Origin: the human T2T-CHM13v2.0 reference genome, Homo sapiens | NCBI RefSeq assembly: GCF_009914755.1 | Contig: NC_060933.1 | Strand: one strand, 5' to 3' | DNA: 64,000 nt | Shown here: positions 1 to 13,055 of the stretch, piece by piece | Layout of the letters: every line of letters starts with the position of its first letter | Position numbering within the stretch: position 1 is the first letter of the stretch | The notes under the pieces: generated by a model | Databases searched by the model: none | Seen by the model: only the letters and a program-made list of their open reading frames with translations | Told to the model about the DNA's origin: nothing | Translations under genes and position numbers: made by a program

Positions 1-107
1 CGGAAAGGAATGGAATTGAATGGAATGGAATGGAATGGAATGGAATGGAATGGAATGGAATCAACGCGAGTGCAGGGGAATGGAATGGAATGGAATGCAA
101 TGGAATG

Positions 108-120
108 GAATCTTCCGGAA
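108..120 (+). promoter_or_regulatory. Perfect 3-unit heat shock element motif (GAATCTTCCGGAA); representative of left-arm copies at 108, 971, 1236, 2129, 2259, 2399
   Basis: GAA-TC-TTC-CG-GAA matches the canonical alternating nGAAn HSF1 site. The motif match is direct. Function is inferred from known HSF1 binding to Sat III. Confidence 0.6.
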
Positions 121-1033
121 TGGAATGGAATGGAATGGAATGGAATGGAATGGAATAAACCCGAATGCAATGGAATGGAGTGGAATGGAATGGAATGGAA
201 TGGAACAGCCCGAATGGAATGCAATGTAATAGAGAGTAAGTGAGTTGAACAGAATCAATCCGAATGTAATGGAATGGAATTGAACGGAATGGAATTGAAT
301 GGAATGGAATGGAATGCAATGGAATGGAATCAACCCGAGTGCAATGGAATGGAGAGGAATGGAATGGAATGGAATGGAAACTACCCGAATGGAATGGAAT
401 GGAATGGAGTGTAAGGGAATTGAATAGAATCAATCCGAATGTAATGGAATGGAATGGAACGGAATGGAATGGAATGGAATGGAATGGAATGGAATGGAAT
501 GCAATGGAATGGAATCAACCCGAGTGCAATCGAATGGAATCGAATGGAATGGAATGCAATGGAATGGATTCAACTTGAATGGAATGGAAAGAATGGAATC
601 AACACGAGTGGAAGGGCATGGATTGGAATGCAATGGAATGGAATCAAACCGAGTACATGGGAATGGAATGGAATGGAATGCAATGGAATGGAATCATCCG
701 TAATGGAATGGAAAGGAATGGAATGGAATGGAATGGAATGGAATGCAATGGAATGGAATCAACACGATTGCAATCGAATGGAATGGAATGGAATTAACCT
801 GAATAGAATGGAATGGAATGGAATGGAACGGAACGGAACGGAATGGAATGGAATGGAATGGAATGGAACGGAACGGAACGGAACGGAATGGAATGGAATG
901 GAATGGAATGGAATGGAATGGAATCAACGCGAGTGCAGGGGAATGGAATGGAATGGAATGCAATGGAATGGAATCTTCCGGAATGCAATGGAATGGAATG
1001 GAATGGAATGGAATGGAATGGAATGGAATCAAC

Positions 1034-1047
1034 TCGATTGCAATCGA
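1034..1047. other. 14-bp perfect palindrome TCGATTGCAATCGA (recurrent module, e.g. also 1927, 5907, 11751, 12181)
   Basis: The sequence equals its own reverse complement and is present in both arms. Confidence 0.9.
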
Positions 1048-2080
1048 ATGGAATGGAATGGAATTAACCCGAATAGAATGGAATGGAATGGAATGGAACG
1101 GAACGGAATGGAATGGAATGGAATGGAATGGAATGGATCGGAAAGGAATGGAATGGAACGGAATGGAATGGAATGGAATGGAATGGAATCAACGCGAGTG
1201 CAGGGGAATGGAATGTAATGGAATGCAATGGAATGGAATCTTCCGGAATGGAATGGAATGGAATGGAATGGAATCAACCCGAGTGCAATGGAATGGAGTG
1301 GAATGGAATGGAATGGAATGGAACAACCCGAATGGAATGGAATGTAATGGAGAGTAAGGGAGTTGAATAGAATCATTCCGAATGTAATGGAATGGAATGG
1401 AACGGAATGGAATTGAATGGAATGGAATGGAATGCAATGGAATGGAATCAACCCGAGTGCAATGGAATGGAGAGGAATGGAATGGAATCGAATGGAAACT
1501 ACCCGAATGGAATGGAATGTAATGGAGTGTAAGGGAATTGAATAGAATCAATACGAATGTAATGGAATGGAATGGAACGGAATGGAATGGAATGGAATGG
1601 AATGGAATGGAATCAACCCGAGTGCAATCGAATGGAATCGAATGGAATGCAATGCAATGGAATGGATTCAACTTGAATGGAATGGAAAGAATGGAATCAA
1701 CACGAGTGGAATGGCATGGATTGGAATGGAATTAAATGGAATCAACCCGAGTACAGGGGAATGGAATGGAATGGAATGGAATGGAATGGAATCAACCAGA
1801 GTACAGGGGAATGGAATGGAATGGAATGCAATGGAATGGAATCATCCGTAATGGAATGGATAGGAATGGAATGGAATGGAATGGAATGGAATGGAATGGA
1901 ATGGAATGGAAAGGAATGGAATCAACTCGATTGCAATCGAATGGAATGGAATGGAATTAACCCAAATAGAATGGAATGGAATGGAATGGAACGGAACGGA
2001 ATGGAATGGAATGGAATGGAATGGAATGGAATGGAACGGAACGGAACGGAACGGAATGGAATGGAATGGAATAGAATGGA

Positions 2081-2411
2081 ATCAACGCGAGTGCAGGGGA
2101 ATGGAATGGAATGGAATGCAATGGAATGGAATCTTCCGGAATGGAATGGAATGGAATGGAATGGAACGGAACGGAACGGAACGGAATGGAATGGAATGGA
2201 ATGGAATGGAATCAACGCGAGTGCAGGGGAATGGAATGGAATGGAATGCAATGGAATGGAATCTTCCGGAATGGAATGGAATGGAATGGAATGGAACGGA
2301 ACGGAACGGAACGGAATGGAATGGAATGGAATGGAATGGAATGGAATGGAATCAACGCGAGTGCAGGGGAATGGAATGGAATGGAATGCAATGGAATGGA
2401 ATCTTCCGGAA
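2081..2411 (+). repeat. Local triplication of a 130-140 bp sub-unit containing an HSE-like module
   Basis: ATCAACGCGAGTGCAGGGGAATGG...AATCTTCCGGA starts at 2081, 2211 and 2351 (spacings 130 and 140, differing by two pentamers). Confidence 0.88.
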
Positions 2412-3360
2412 TGGAATGGAATGGAATGGAATGAAATGCAATGGATTCAACTCGATTGCAATGGAATGGAATAGAATGGAATGGAATGGAATGGAATGGA
2501 ATTAACCCGAATAGAATGGAATGGAATGTAATGGAACGGAATGGAACGGAATGGAATGGAATGGAATGGAATGGAATGGAATGGAATGGAATGGAATGGT
2601 ATGGAATGGAATGGAATGGTACGGAATAGAATGGAATGGAACGAATTGTAATGGAATGGAATTGAATGGAATGGAATGGAATGGAATGGAATCAACGCGA
2701 GTGCAAGGGAATGTAATGGAACGGAATGCAATGGAATGGAATCATCCGGAATGGAATGGAATGGAATGGAATGGAATCAACCCGAGTGCAATGGAATGGA
2801 GTGGAATGGAATGGAATGGAATGGAACAACCCGAATGGAATGGAATGTAATGGAGAGTAAGGGATTTGAATAGAATCAATCCGAATGTAATGGAATGGAA
2901 TGCAACGGAATGGAATGTAATATAATGGAATGGAATGGAATGGAATGGAATGGAATGGAATGCAATGCAATGGAATGGAATCAACCCGAGTTCAATGGAA
3001 TGGAATGGAATGGAATGGAATGGAATGGAAAGGAATGGAATGGAGTGGAATTAAATGGAATGGAATGCTTTCAAACCGAATGGAATGGAAAGGAATGGAA
3101 TCAACACGAGAGGAATGGAATGGAATGGAAAGGAATGGAATGCAATGGAATGGTACGGAATAGAATGGAATGGAACGAAATGGAATGGAATGGAATGGAA
3201 TGGAATGGAATGGAATAGAATCGTTCCGAGTGGAATAGGAGGGAATGTATTCGAGTGGAATGGAAAGGAATGGAATCAACCAGAGTGGAATGGAAGGGAA
3301 TGGAATGGAATGGAAACTAATAGAATGGAATCAACCCGAGTGGAATGGAATGGAAAGGAC

Positions 3361-3509
3361 TGGAATGGAATGGAATGGAATGGAATGGAATGGAATGGAA
3401 TCAACACGATTGTAATGGATTGGAATGGAATGGAATGGAATGGAATGGAATGGAATGGAATCAACACGATTGTAATGGATTGGAATGGAATGGAATGGAA
3501 TGGAATGGA
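3361..3509 (+). repeat. Perfect 60-bp tandem duplication
   Basis: 3361-3420 and 3421-3480 are identical, including the rare variant TCAACACGATTGTAATGGAT. Confidence 0.9.
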
Positions 3510-5301
3510 GTGGAATGGAATGGAATCAACCCGAGTGCAGGGGAATGGAATGGAATGGAATGCAATGGAATGGAATCATCCGGAATGGAATGGAATGGAA
3601 TGGATTGCAAAGCAATGGAATCAACTCGATTGCAATGGAATGGAATGGAATGGAAAGGAATACATTGGAATCAACCCGAGTGGAATGGAATGGAAAGGAC
3701 TGGAATGGAGTGGAATGGAATGGAATGGAATGGAATGGAATGGAATCAACTCGATTGGAATGGAATGGAATGGAATGGAATGGAATGGAATGGAATGGAA
3801 TCAACCCGACTGAAGGGGAATGGAATGGAATGGAATGCAATGGAATGGATTCAACTTGAATGGAATGGAAAGAATGGAATCAACACGAGTGGAATGGCAT
3901 GGATTGGAATGGAATGGAATGGAATCAACCCGAGTACAGGGGAATGGAATGGAATGGAATGCAATGGAATGGAATCATCCGTAATGGAATGGAAAGGAAT
4001 GGAATGGAATGGAATGGAATGGAATGGAATGGAATCAACTCGATTGCAGTGGAATGGAATGGAATGGAATTAACCCGAATAGAATGGAATGGAATGGAAT
4101 GGAACGGAACGGAACGGAATGGAATGGAACGGAATGGAATGGAACGGAACGGAACGGAATGGAATGGAATGGAATGGAATGGAATGGAATGGAATGGAAT
4201 CAACCCGAGTGGAGGGGAATGTAATGGAACGGAATGCAATGGAATGGAATCATCCGGAATGGAATGGAATGGAATGGAATGGAATGGAATGCAATGGAAT
4301 GGAATCAACCCGAGTGCAATGGAATGGAGTGGAATGGAATGGAATGGAATGGAAGAACCCGAATGGAATGGAATGTAATGGAGAGTAAGGGAGATAAAAA
4401 GAATCAATCCGAATGTAATGGAATGGAATGGAACGGAATGGAATGGAATGGAATGGAATGGAATGGAATGGAATGGAATCAACCCGAGTGCAATCGAATG
4501 GAATCGAATGGAATGGAATGCAATGGAATGGAATCATCCGGAACGGAATGGAATGGAATGTAATGGAATCAACTCGATTGCAATGGAATGGAATGGAATG
4601 GAATGGAATGGAATGGAATTCACCCGAATAGAATGGAATGGAATGGAATGGAAAGGAATGGAAGGGAAGGGAATGGAATGTAATCAACCCGAGTGCAGGG
4701 GAATGGAATGGAATGGAATGCAAAGGAATGGAATAATCCGGAATGGAATGGAATGGAATGGAATGGAATGGAATGGAATGGAATAGAATGCAATGGAATG
4801 GAATCAACCCGAGTACAATGGAATGGAATGGAATGGAATGGAATGGAATGGAATGGAATGCCTTCAAACTGAATGGAATGGAAAGGAATGTAATCAACAC
4901 GAGTGGAATGGAATCGAATGGAATGGAATGGAATGGAATGGAATGGTACGGAATAGAATGGAATGGAACGAAATGGAATGGAATGGAATGGAATGGAATG
5001 GAATGCAATGGAATCGTTCCGAGTGGAATAGGAGGGAATGTATTCGAGTGAAATGGAAAGGAATGGAATCAACCAGAGTGCAATGGAAGGGAATGGAATG
5101 GAATGGAAACTAATAGAATGGAATCAACCCGAGTGGAATGGAATGGAAAGGACTGGAATGGAATGGAATGGAATGGAATGGAATGGAATGGAATCAACTC
5201 CATTGTAATGGAATGGAATGGAATGGAAAGGAATGGAATGGAATGCAATGGAATTAACCCGAATACAATGAAAAGGAATGGAATGGAACGGAATGCAAAG
5301 C

Positions 5302-5329
5302 AATGGAATCAACTCGGGTTGATTCCATT
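5302..5329. other. Satellite inversion (strand-switch) breakpoint with 12-bp perfect inverted repeat
   Basis: AATGGAATCAAC (5302-5313) - TCGG - GTTGATTCCATT (5318-5329). The arms are exact reverse complements. ACTCG (5312-5316) is shared by the left and right parental modules. Confidence 0.95.
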
Positions 5330-5576
5330 CCCTTCTTTCCATTCCATTCCATTCCATTCCATTCCGTTCCATTCCATTCCATTACATTCGGATTGATTCT
5401 ATTCAAGTCCCTTACACTCCATTACATTCCATTCCATTCGGGTAGTTTCCACTCCATTCCATTCCCTTCCTCTCCGTTCCATTGCACTCGGGTTGATTCC
5501 ATTCCATTGCATTCCATTCCATTCCATTCAATTCCATTCCGTTCCATTCCATTCCATTACATTCGGATTGAATCTG

Positions 5577-8500
5577 TTCAACTCCCTTACTCTCCATTAC
5601 ATTCGATTCCATTCAGGTTGTTCCATTCCATTCCATTCCATTCCACTCCATTCCATTGCACTCGGGTTGATTCCATTGCATTCCATTCCATTCCAGAAGA
5701 TTCCATTCCATTACATTCCATTACATTCCATTCCCCTGCACTCGCGTTGATTCCATTCCATTCCATTCCATTCCATTCCCTTCCATTCCATTCCATTCCT
5801 TTCCGTTCCATTCCATTCCATTCCATTCCATTCCATTCCGTTCCGTTCCGTTCCGTTCCATTCCATTCCATTCCATTCTATTCGGGTTAATTCCATTCCA
5901 TTCCATTCGATTGCAATCGAGTTGATTCCATTCCATTCCATTCCATTCCATTCCATTCCATTCCATTCCATTCCATTCCTTTCCTTTCCATTACGGATGA
6001 TTCCATTCCATTGCATTCCATTCCATTCCATTCCCCTGTACTCGGGTTGATTCCATTCCATTCCATTCCAATCCATGCCATTCCACTCGTGTTGATTCCA
6101 TTCTTTCCATTCCATTCAAGTTGAATCCATTCCATTGCATTCCATTCCATTCGATTCCATTCGATTGCACTCGGGTTGATTCCATTCCATTGCATTCCAT
6201 TCCATCCCATTTCATTCCATTCCATTCCTTTCCATTCCATTCCATTCCATTCCATGCGATTGCAATCGAGTTGATTCCATTCCATTCCTTTCCATTCCAT
6301 TCCATTCCATTCCACTCGAGTTGATTTCATTCCATTCCTTTCCATTCCATTCCATTCCTTTCCATTCCGTTCCGTTCCGTTCCATTCCATTCCATTCCAT
6401 TCTATTCGGGTTAATTCCATTCCATTCCATTCCATTCCATTCCATTCCATTCTGTTCCGTTCCGTTCCATTCCATTCCATTCCATTCTATTCGGATTAAT
6501 TCCATTCCATTCCATTCCATTCCATTCCATTCCATTCCATTCCAATCGAGTTGATTCCATTCCATTCCATTCCATTCCATTCCACTCCATTCCAGTCCTT
6601 TCCATTCCTTTCCACTCGGGTTGATTCCAATGTATTCCTTTCCATTCCATTCCACTGCATTGCAATCGAGTTGATTCCATTGCTTTGCATTCCATTCCGT
6701 TCCATTCCATTCCTTTCCGTTCCGTTCCATTCCATTCCATTCCATTCCATTCCGTTCCGTTCCGTTCCGTTCCATTCCATTCCATTCCATTCTATTCAGG
6801 TTAATTCCATTCCATTCCATTCGACTGCAATCGAGTTGATTCCATTCCATTCCATTCCATTCCATTCCATTCCATTCCATTGCTTTCCATTCCATTACGG
6901 ATGATTCCATTCCATTGCATTCCATTCCATTCCATTCCCCTGTACTCGGGTTGATTCCATTCCATTCCATTCCAATCCATGCCATTCCACTCGTGTTGAT
7001 TCCACTCTTTCCATTCCATTCAAGTTGAATCCATTCCATTGCATTCCATTCCATTCCATTCCATTCCCCTGCAGTCGGGTTGATTCCATTCCATTCCATT
7101 CCATTCCACTCCATTCCGTTCCGTTCCGTTCCATTCCATTCCATTCCATTCCATTCTATTCGGGTTAATTCCATTCCATTCCATTCCATTCCATTCCATT
7201 CCATTCCAATCGAGTTGATTCCATTCCATTTCATTCCATTCCATTCCACTCCATTCCAGTCCTTTCCATTCCATTCCACTCGGGTTGATGCCAATGTATT
7301 CCTTTCCATTCCATTCCATTCCATTGCAATCGAGTTGATTCCATTGCTTTGCTTTCCATTCCGGATGATTCCATTCCATTGCATTCCATTCCATTCCATT
7401 CCCCTGCACTCGGGTTGATTCCATTCCATTCCACTCCATTCCGTTCCATTCCATTCCATTCCATTGTATTCGGGTTAATTCCATTCCATTCCATTCCATT
7501 CCATTCCATCACAATCGAGTTGGTTCCATTCCATTCCATTCCATTCCATTCCATTCCATTCCATTCCGTATGATTCCATTCCATTACATTCTGTTCCATT
7601 ATATTCCCCTGCACTCAGGTTGATTCCATTCCATTCCATTCCATTCCATTCGATTCCATTCCATTCCAATTCTTTCCATTCCATTCTATTCGGTACCATT
7701 CCATTCCATTCCATACCATTCCATTCCATTCCATTCCATTCCATTCCATTCCGTTCCGTTCCGTTCCGTTCCATTCCATTCCATTCCATTTTATTCGGGT
7801 TAATTCCATTCCATTCCATTCCATTCCATTCTATTCCATTCCATTGCAATCGAGTTGAATCCATTGCATTCAATTCCATTCCATTCCATTCCATTGCAAT
7901 CGAGTTGAATCCATTGCATTCCATTCCATTCCATTCCGGAAGATTCCATTCCATTGCATTCCATTCCATTCCATTCCCCTGCACTCGCGTTGATTCCATT
8001 CCATTCCATTCCATTCCGTTCCGTTCCGTTCCGTTCCATTCCATTCCATTCCATTCCGTTCCGTTCCGTTCCGTTCCATTCCATTCCATTCTATTCGGGT
8101 TAATTCCATTCCATTCCATTCGATTGCAATCGTGTTGATTCCATTCCATTCCATTCCATTCCATTCCATTCCTTTCCATTCCATTACGGATGATTCCATT
8201 CCACTGCATTACATTCCATTCCATTCCCCTGTACTCGGGTTGATTCCATTCCATTCCATTCCATTCCATTCCATTCTATTCCATTCCATTCCATTCCATT
8301 CCGGAAGATTCCATTCCATTGCATTCCATTCCATTCCATTCCCCTGCCCACGCGTTGATTCCATTCCATTCCATTCCATTCCATTCCATTCCATTCTGAT
8401 CCGTTCCATTACATTCCATTCCATTCCATTCCGTTCCGTTCCATTCCATTCCATTCCATTCCATTCTATTCGGATTAATTCCATTCCATTCCATTCGATT

Positions 8501-11500
8501 GCAATCGAGTTGATTCCATTCCATTCCATTCCAATCCATGCCATTCTACTCGTTATGATTCCATTCTTTCCATTCCATTCAAGTTGAATCCATTCCATTG
8601 CATTCCATTCCATTCCATTCCCCTGCAGTCGGGTTGATTCCATTCCATTCCATTCCATTCCATTCCATTCCATTCCGTTCCGTTCCATTCCATTCCTTTC
8701 CATTCTATTCGGGTTAATTCCATTCCATTCCATTCCATTCCATTCCAATCGAGTTGATTCCATTCCATTCCATTCCATTCCATTCCACTCCATTCCAGTC
8801 CTTTCCATTCCATTCCACTCGGGTTGATTCCAATGTATTCCTTTCCATTCAATTCCATTCCATTGCAATCGAGTTGATTCCATTGCTTTGCATTCCATTC
8901 CATTAAATTCCATTCAGGATGATTCCATTCCATTGCATTCCATTCCATTCCATTCCCCTGCACTCGGGTTGATTCCATTCCATTCCACTCCATTCCCTTC
9001 CATTCCATTCCATTCCATTGTATTCGGGTTAATTCCATTCCATTCCATTCCATTCCATTCCATTCCATTCCATTCCATTACAATAGAGTTGATTCCATTC
9101 CATTCCATTCCATTCCATTCCATTCCAGTCCTTTCCATTCCATTCCACTCGGGTTGATTCCATTGTATTAGTTTCCATTCCATTCCATTCCCTTCCATTC
9201 CACTCTGGTTGATTCCATTCCTTTCCATTCCACTCGAATACATTCCCTCCTATTCCACTCGGAAAGATTCCATTCCATTCCATTCCATTCCATTCCATTC
9301 CATTCCATTCCATTCCATTTCGTTCCATTCCATTCTATTCCGTATCATTCCATTCCATTCCATTCCATTCCATTCCATTCCATTCCACTCGTGTTGCTTC
9401 CTTTCCTTTCCATTCCATTCGGTTTGAAGGCATTCCATTCCATTCCATTCCATTCCATTCCATTCCATTCCATTCCATTCCATTGTACTCGGGTTGATTC
9501 CATTCCATTGCATTCCATTCCATTCAAGTTGAATCCATTCCATTGTATTCCATTCCATTCGATTCCATTCGATTGCACTCGGGTTGATTCCATTCCATTG
9601 CATTCCATTCCATTCCATTCCATTCCATTCCATTACATTCCTTTCCATTCCGTTCCATTCCATTCCATTACATTCGGATTGATTCTATTCAATTCCCTTA
9701 CACTCCATTACATTCCATTCCATTCGGGTAGTTTCCATTCCATTCCATTCCATTCCTCTCCATTCCATTGCACTCGGGTTGATTCCATTCCATTGCATTC
9801 CATTCCATTCCATTCAATTCCATTCCGTTACATTCCATTCCATTACATTCGGATTGACTCTATTCAACTCCCTTACTCTCCATTACATTCCATTCCATTC
9901 GGGTTGTTCCATTCCATTCCATTCCATTCCACTCCATTCCATTGCACTCGGGTTTATTCCATTCCATTCCATTCCATTCCATTCCATTCCATTCCATTCC
10001 GGAAGATTCCATTCCATTGCATTCCATTCCATTCCATTCCCCTGCACTCGCGTTGATTCCATTCCATTCCATTCCATTCCATTCCGTTCCGTTCCATTCC
10101 ATTCCATTCCATTCCATTCCATTCTATTCCATTCCGTTCCGTTCCATTCCATTCCATTCCATTCCATTCTATTCGGGTTAATTCCATTCCATTCCATTCG
10201 ATTGCCATCGAGTTGATTCCATTCCATTCCATTCCATTCCATTCCATTCCATTCCATTCCATTCCATTCCTTTCCATTCCATTACGGATGACTCCATTCC
10301 ATTGCATTCCATTCCATTCCATTCCCCTGTACTCGTGTTGATTCCATTCCATTGCATTCCACTCCATTCGGTTCCATTGCATTCCATTCTATTGCATTCC
10401 ATCTATTCGGGTTAATTCCATTCCATTCTATTCCATTCCATTCCATTCCATTCCGTTGCAATGGAGTTGATTCCATTCCATTCCATTCCATTCCGGATGA
10501 TTCCATTGCATTGCATTCCATTCAATTCCATTCCCCTGCACTCGTGTTGATTCCATTCCCTTCCATTCCATTCCATTCCGTTCCATTCCATTCCATTCCA
10601 TTCTATTCCGGTTAATTCCATTCCACTCCATTCCATTCCATTCCATTCCATTGCAATCGAGTTGATTCCATTCCATTCATTTCCATTCCATTCCATTGCC
10701 TTGCATTCCACTCGGGTTGATTCCATTCCCTTCTTTCCACTCCATTACATTCCCTTCCATGATTGATTCCATTCCATTGCATTCTATTGCAATCCATTCC
10801 AATCCATTCCATTCCATTCTATTCCACTCGAGTTGACTTTATTCCATTCCTTTCCATTCCATTCCATTCCTTTCCACTCGAGTTGATTCCATTCCATTCC
10901 AATCCATTGCATTCCATTCCATGCCATTCCACTCGGGTTGATTCCATTCCTTTGCATTCCATTCCATTCCATTCCATTCCATTCCATTCCATTCCATTCC
11001 GTTGCATTCCATTCCATTACATTCGCATTGATTCTATTCAACTCCCTTACTCTCCATTACATTCCATTCCATTCGGTTTGTTCCATTCCATTCCATTCCA
11101 TTCCATTCCATTCCATTGCTCTCGGGTTGATTCCATTCCATTCCATTCCATTCCATTCCATTCCGGATGATTCCATTCCATTGCATTCCGTTCCATTACA
11201 TTCCCCTGCACTTGCGTTGATTCCATTCCATTCCATTCCTTTCCATTCAATTCCATTCCATTACAATTCGTTCCATTCCATTCTATTCCGTACCATTCCA
11301 TTCCATTCCATACCATTCCATTCCATTCCATTCCATTCCATTCCATTACGGATGATTCCATTCCATTGCATTCCATTCCATTACATTCAATTCCATTCCG
11401 TTCCATTCCATTCCATTACATTCGGATTGATTCTATTCAACTCCCTTACTCTCCATTACATTCGATTCCATTCGGGTTGTTCCATTCCATTCCATTCCAT

Positions 11501-13027
11501 TCCACTCCATTCCATTGCACTCGGGTTGATTCCATTCCATTCCATTCCATTCCGGAAGATTCCATTCCATTACATTCCATTACATTCCATTCCCCTGCAC
11601 TCGCGTTGATTCCATTCCATTCCATTCCATTCCATTCAATTCCATTCCTTTCCGTTCCATTCCATTCCACTCCATTCCGTTCCGTTCCGTTCCGTTCCGT
11701 TCCATTCCATTCCATTCCATTCTATTCGGGTTAATTCCATTCCATACCATTCGATTGCAATCGAGTTGATTCCATTCCATTCCATTCCATTCCATTCCAT
11801 TCCATTCCTTTCCATTCCATTCCATTCCATTCCGTTCCATTCCGTTCCATTCCATTCCATTCCATTCTATGCGGGTTAATTCCATTCCATTCCATTCCAT
11901 TCCATTCCATTCCATTCTATTCCATTCCATTGCAATCGAGTTGAATCCATTGCATTTCATTCCATTCCATTCCATTCCATTCCGGAAGTTTCCATTCCAT
12001 TGCATTCCATTCCATTCCATTCCCCTGCACTCGCGTTGATTCCATTCCAATCCATTCCATTCCATTCCATTCCGTTCCGTTCCGTTCCATTCCATTCCAT
12101 TCCATTCCATTCCATTCCATTCCGTTCCGTTCCATTCCATTCCATTCCATTCTATTCGGGTTAATTCCATTCCATTCCATTCGATTGCAATCGAGTTGAT
12201 TCCATTCCATTCCATTCCATTCCATTCCGTTCCATTCCATTCTTTCCATTCCATTACGGATGATTCCATTCCATTGCATTCCATTCCATTCCATTCCCCT
12301 CTACTCGGGTTGATTCCATTCCATTCCATTCCAATCCATGCCATTCCACTCGTGTTGATTCCATTCTTTCCATTCCCTTCAAGTTGAATCCATTCCATTG
12401 CATTCCATTCCATTCGATTCCATTGGATTGCACTCGGGTTGATTCCATTCCATTGCATTCCATTCCATTCCATTCCATTCCATTCCATTCCATTTCGTTC
12501 CATTCCATTCTATTCCGTATCATTCCATTCCATTCCATTCCATTCCATTCCATTCCATTCCACTCGTGTTGATTCCTTTCCTTTCCATTCCATTCGGTTT
12601 GAAGGCATTCCATTCCATTCCATTCCATTCCATTCCATTCCATTCCATTCCATTGTACTCGGGTTGATTCCATTCCATTGCATTCCATTCCATTCAAGTT
12701 GAATCCATTCCATTGTATTCCATTCCATTCGATTCCATTCGATTGCACTCGGGTTGATTCCATTCCATTGCATTCCATTCCATTCCATTCCATTCCATTA
12801 CATTCCATTCCATTCCGTTCCATTCCATTCCATTACATTCGGATTGATTCTATTCAATTCCCTTACACTCCATTACATTCCATTCCATTCGGGTAGTTTC
12901 CATTCCATTCCATTCCATTCCTCTCCATTCCATTGCACTCGGGTTGATTCCATTCCATTGCATTCCATTCCATTCCATTCAATTCCATTCCGTTACATTC
13001 CATTCCATTACATTCGGATTGACTCTA
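5577..13027 (-). repeat. 7451-bp duplication unit, copy 1
   Basis: Private variants recur at +7451 (locally +7446): CATCCCATTTC, CATGCGATTG, GATGCCAATG, CCTGCCCACGCG, CTCGGAAAGA. ORF-track translations repeat at that offset, e.g. 7620/15071 and 8132/15583. Confidence 0.9.
7934..7946 (-). promoter_or_regulatory. Perfect 3-unit heat shock element motif (TTCCGGAAGATTC); representative of ~39 right-arm copies
   Basis: TTC-CG-GAA-GA-TTC. The variants TTCCAGAAGATTC (e.g. 5691, 48310, 61671), TTCTGGAAGATTC (24406, 27826, 37272) and TTCCGGAAGTTTC (11980, 21150, 22243) also fit the consensus. Confidence 0.6.
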
Positions 13028-13055
13028 TTCAACTCCCTTACTCTCCATTACATTC
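12485..13055 (-). repeat. ~0.57-kb dispersed copy of ~9310-9890 (third copy at ~18480-19055)
   Basis: Shares the rare markers GGTTTGAAGGCATTC, CCGTTACATTCC and GGATTGACTCTATTC with 9420-9865, at an offset of ~3165-3175. Confidence 0.85.

Larger units (their letters stand above)
1..5316 (+). repeat. HSat3 arm with the G-rich (GGAAT) strand on +
   Basis: The + strand reads GGAAT repeats, with modules in reverse-complement form (CAACCCGAGT, GAATCTTCCGGAA), up to ...GCAAAGCAATGGAATCAACTCG at 5316. Confidence 0.97.

Noticed and set aside
1-5316. EWSR1-FLI1-type GGAA microsatellite or G-quadruplex array
   Set aside because: The repeat is pentameric GGAAT, not tandem GGAA, and runs of three or more G are isolated rather than clustered in fours.
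5302-5329. Rho-independent terminator or transposon terminal inverted repeat
   Set aside because: There is no U-tract, upstream gene, transposase or target-site duplication. The stem is a by-product of the satellite inversion.
5103-5396. Chimeric MEWNG-to-IPFHS ORF
   Set aside because: It is simply a reading frame crossing the strand-switch junction, with no evidence of coding function.
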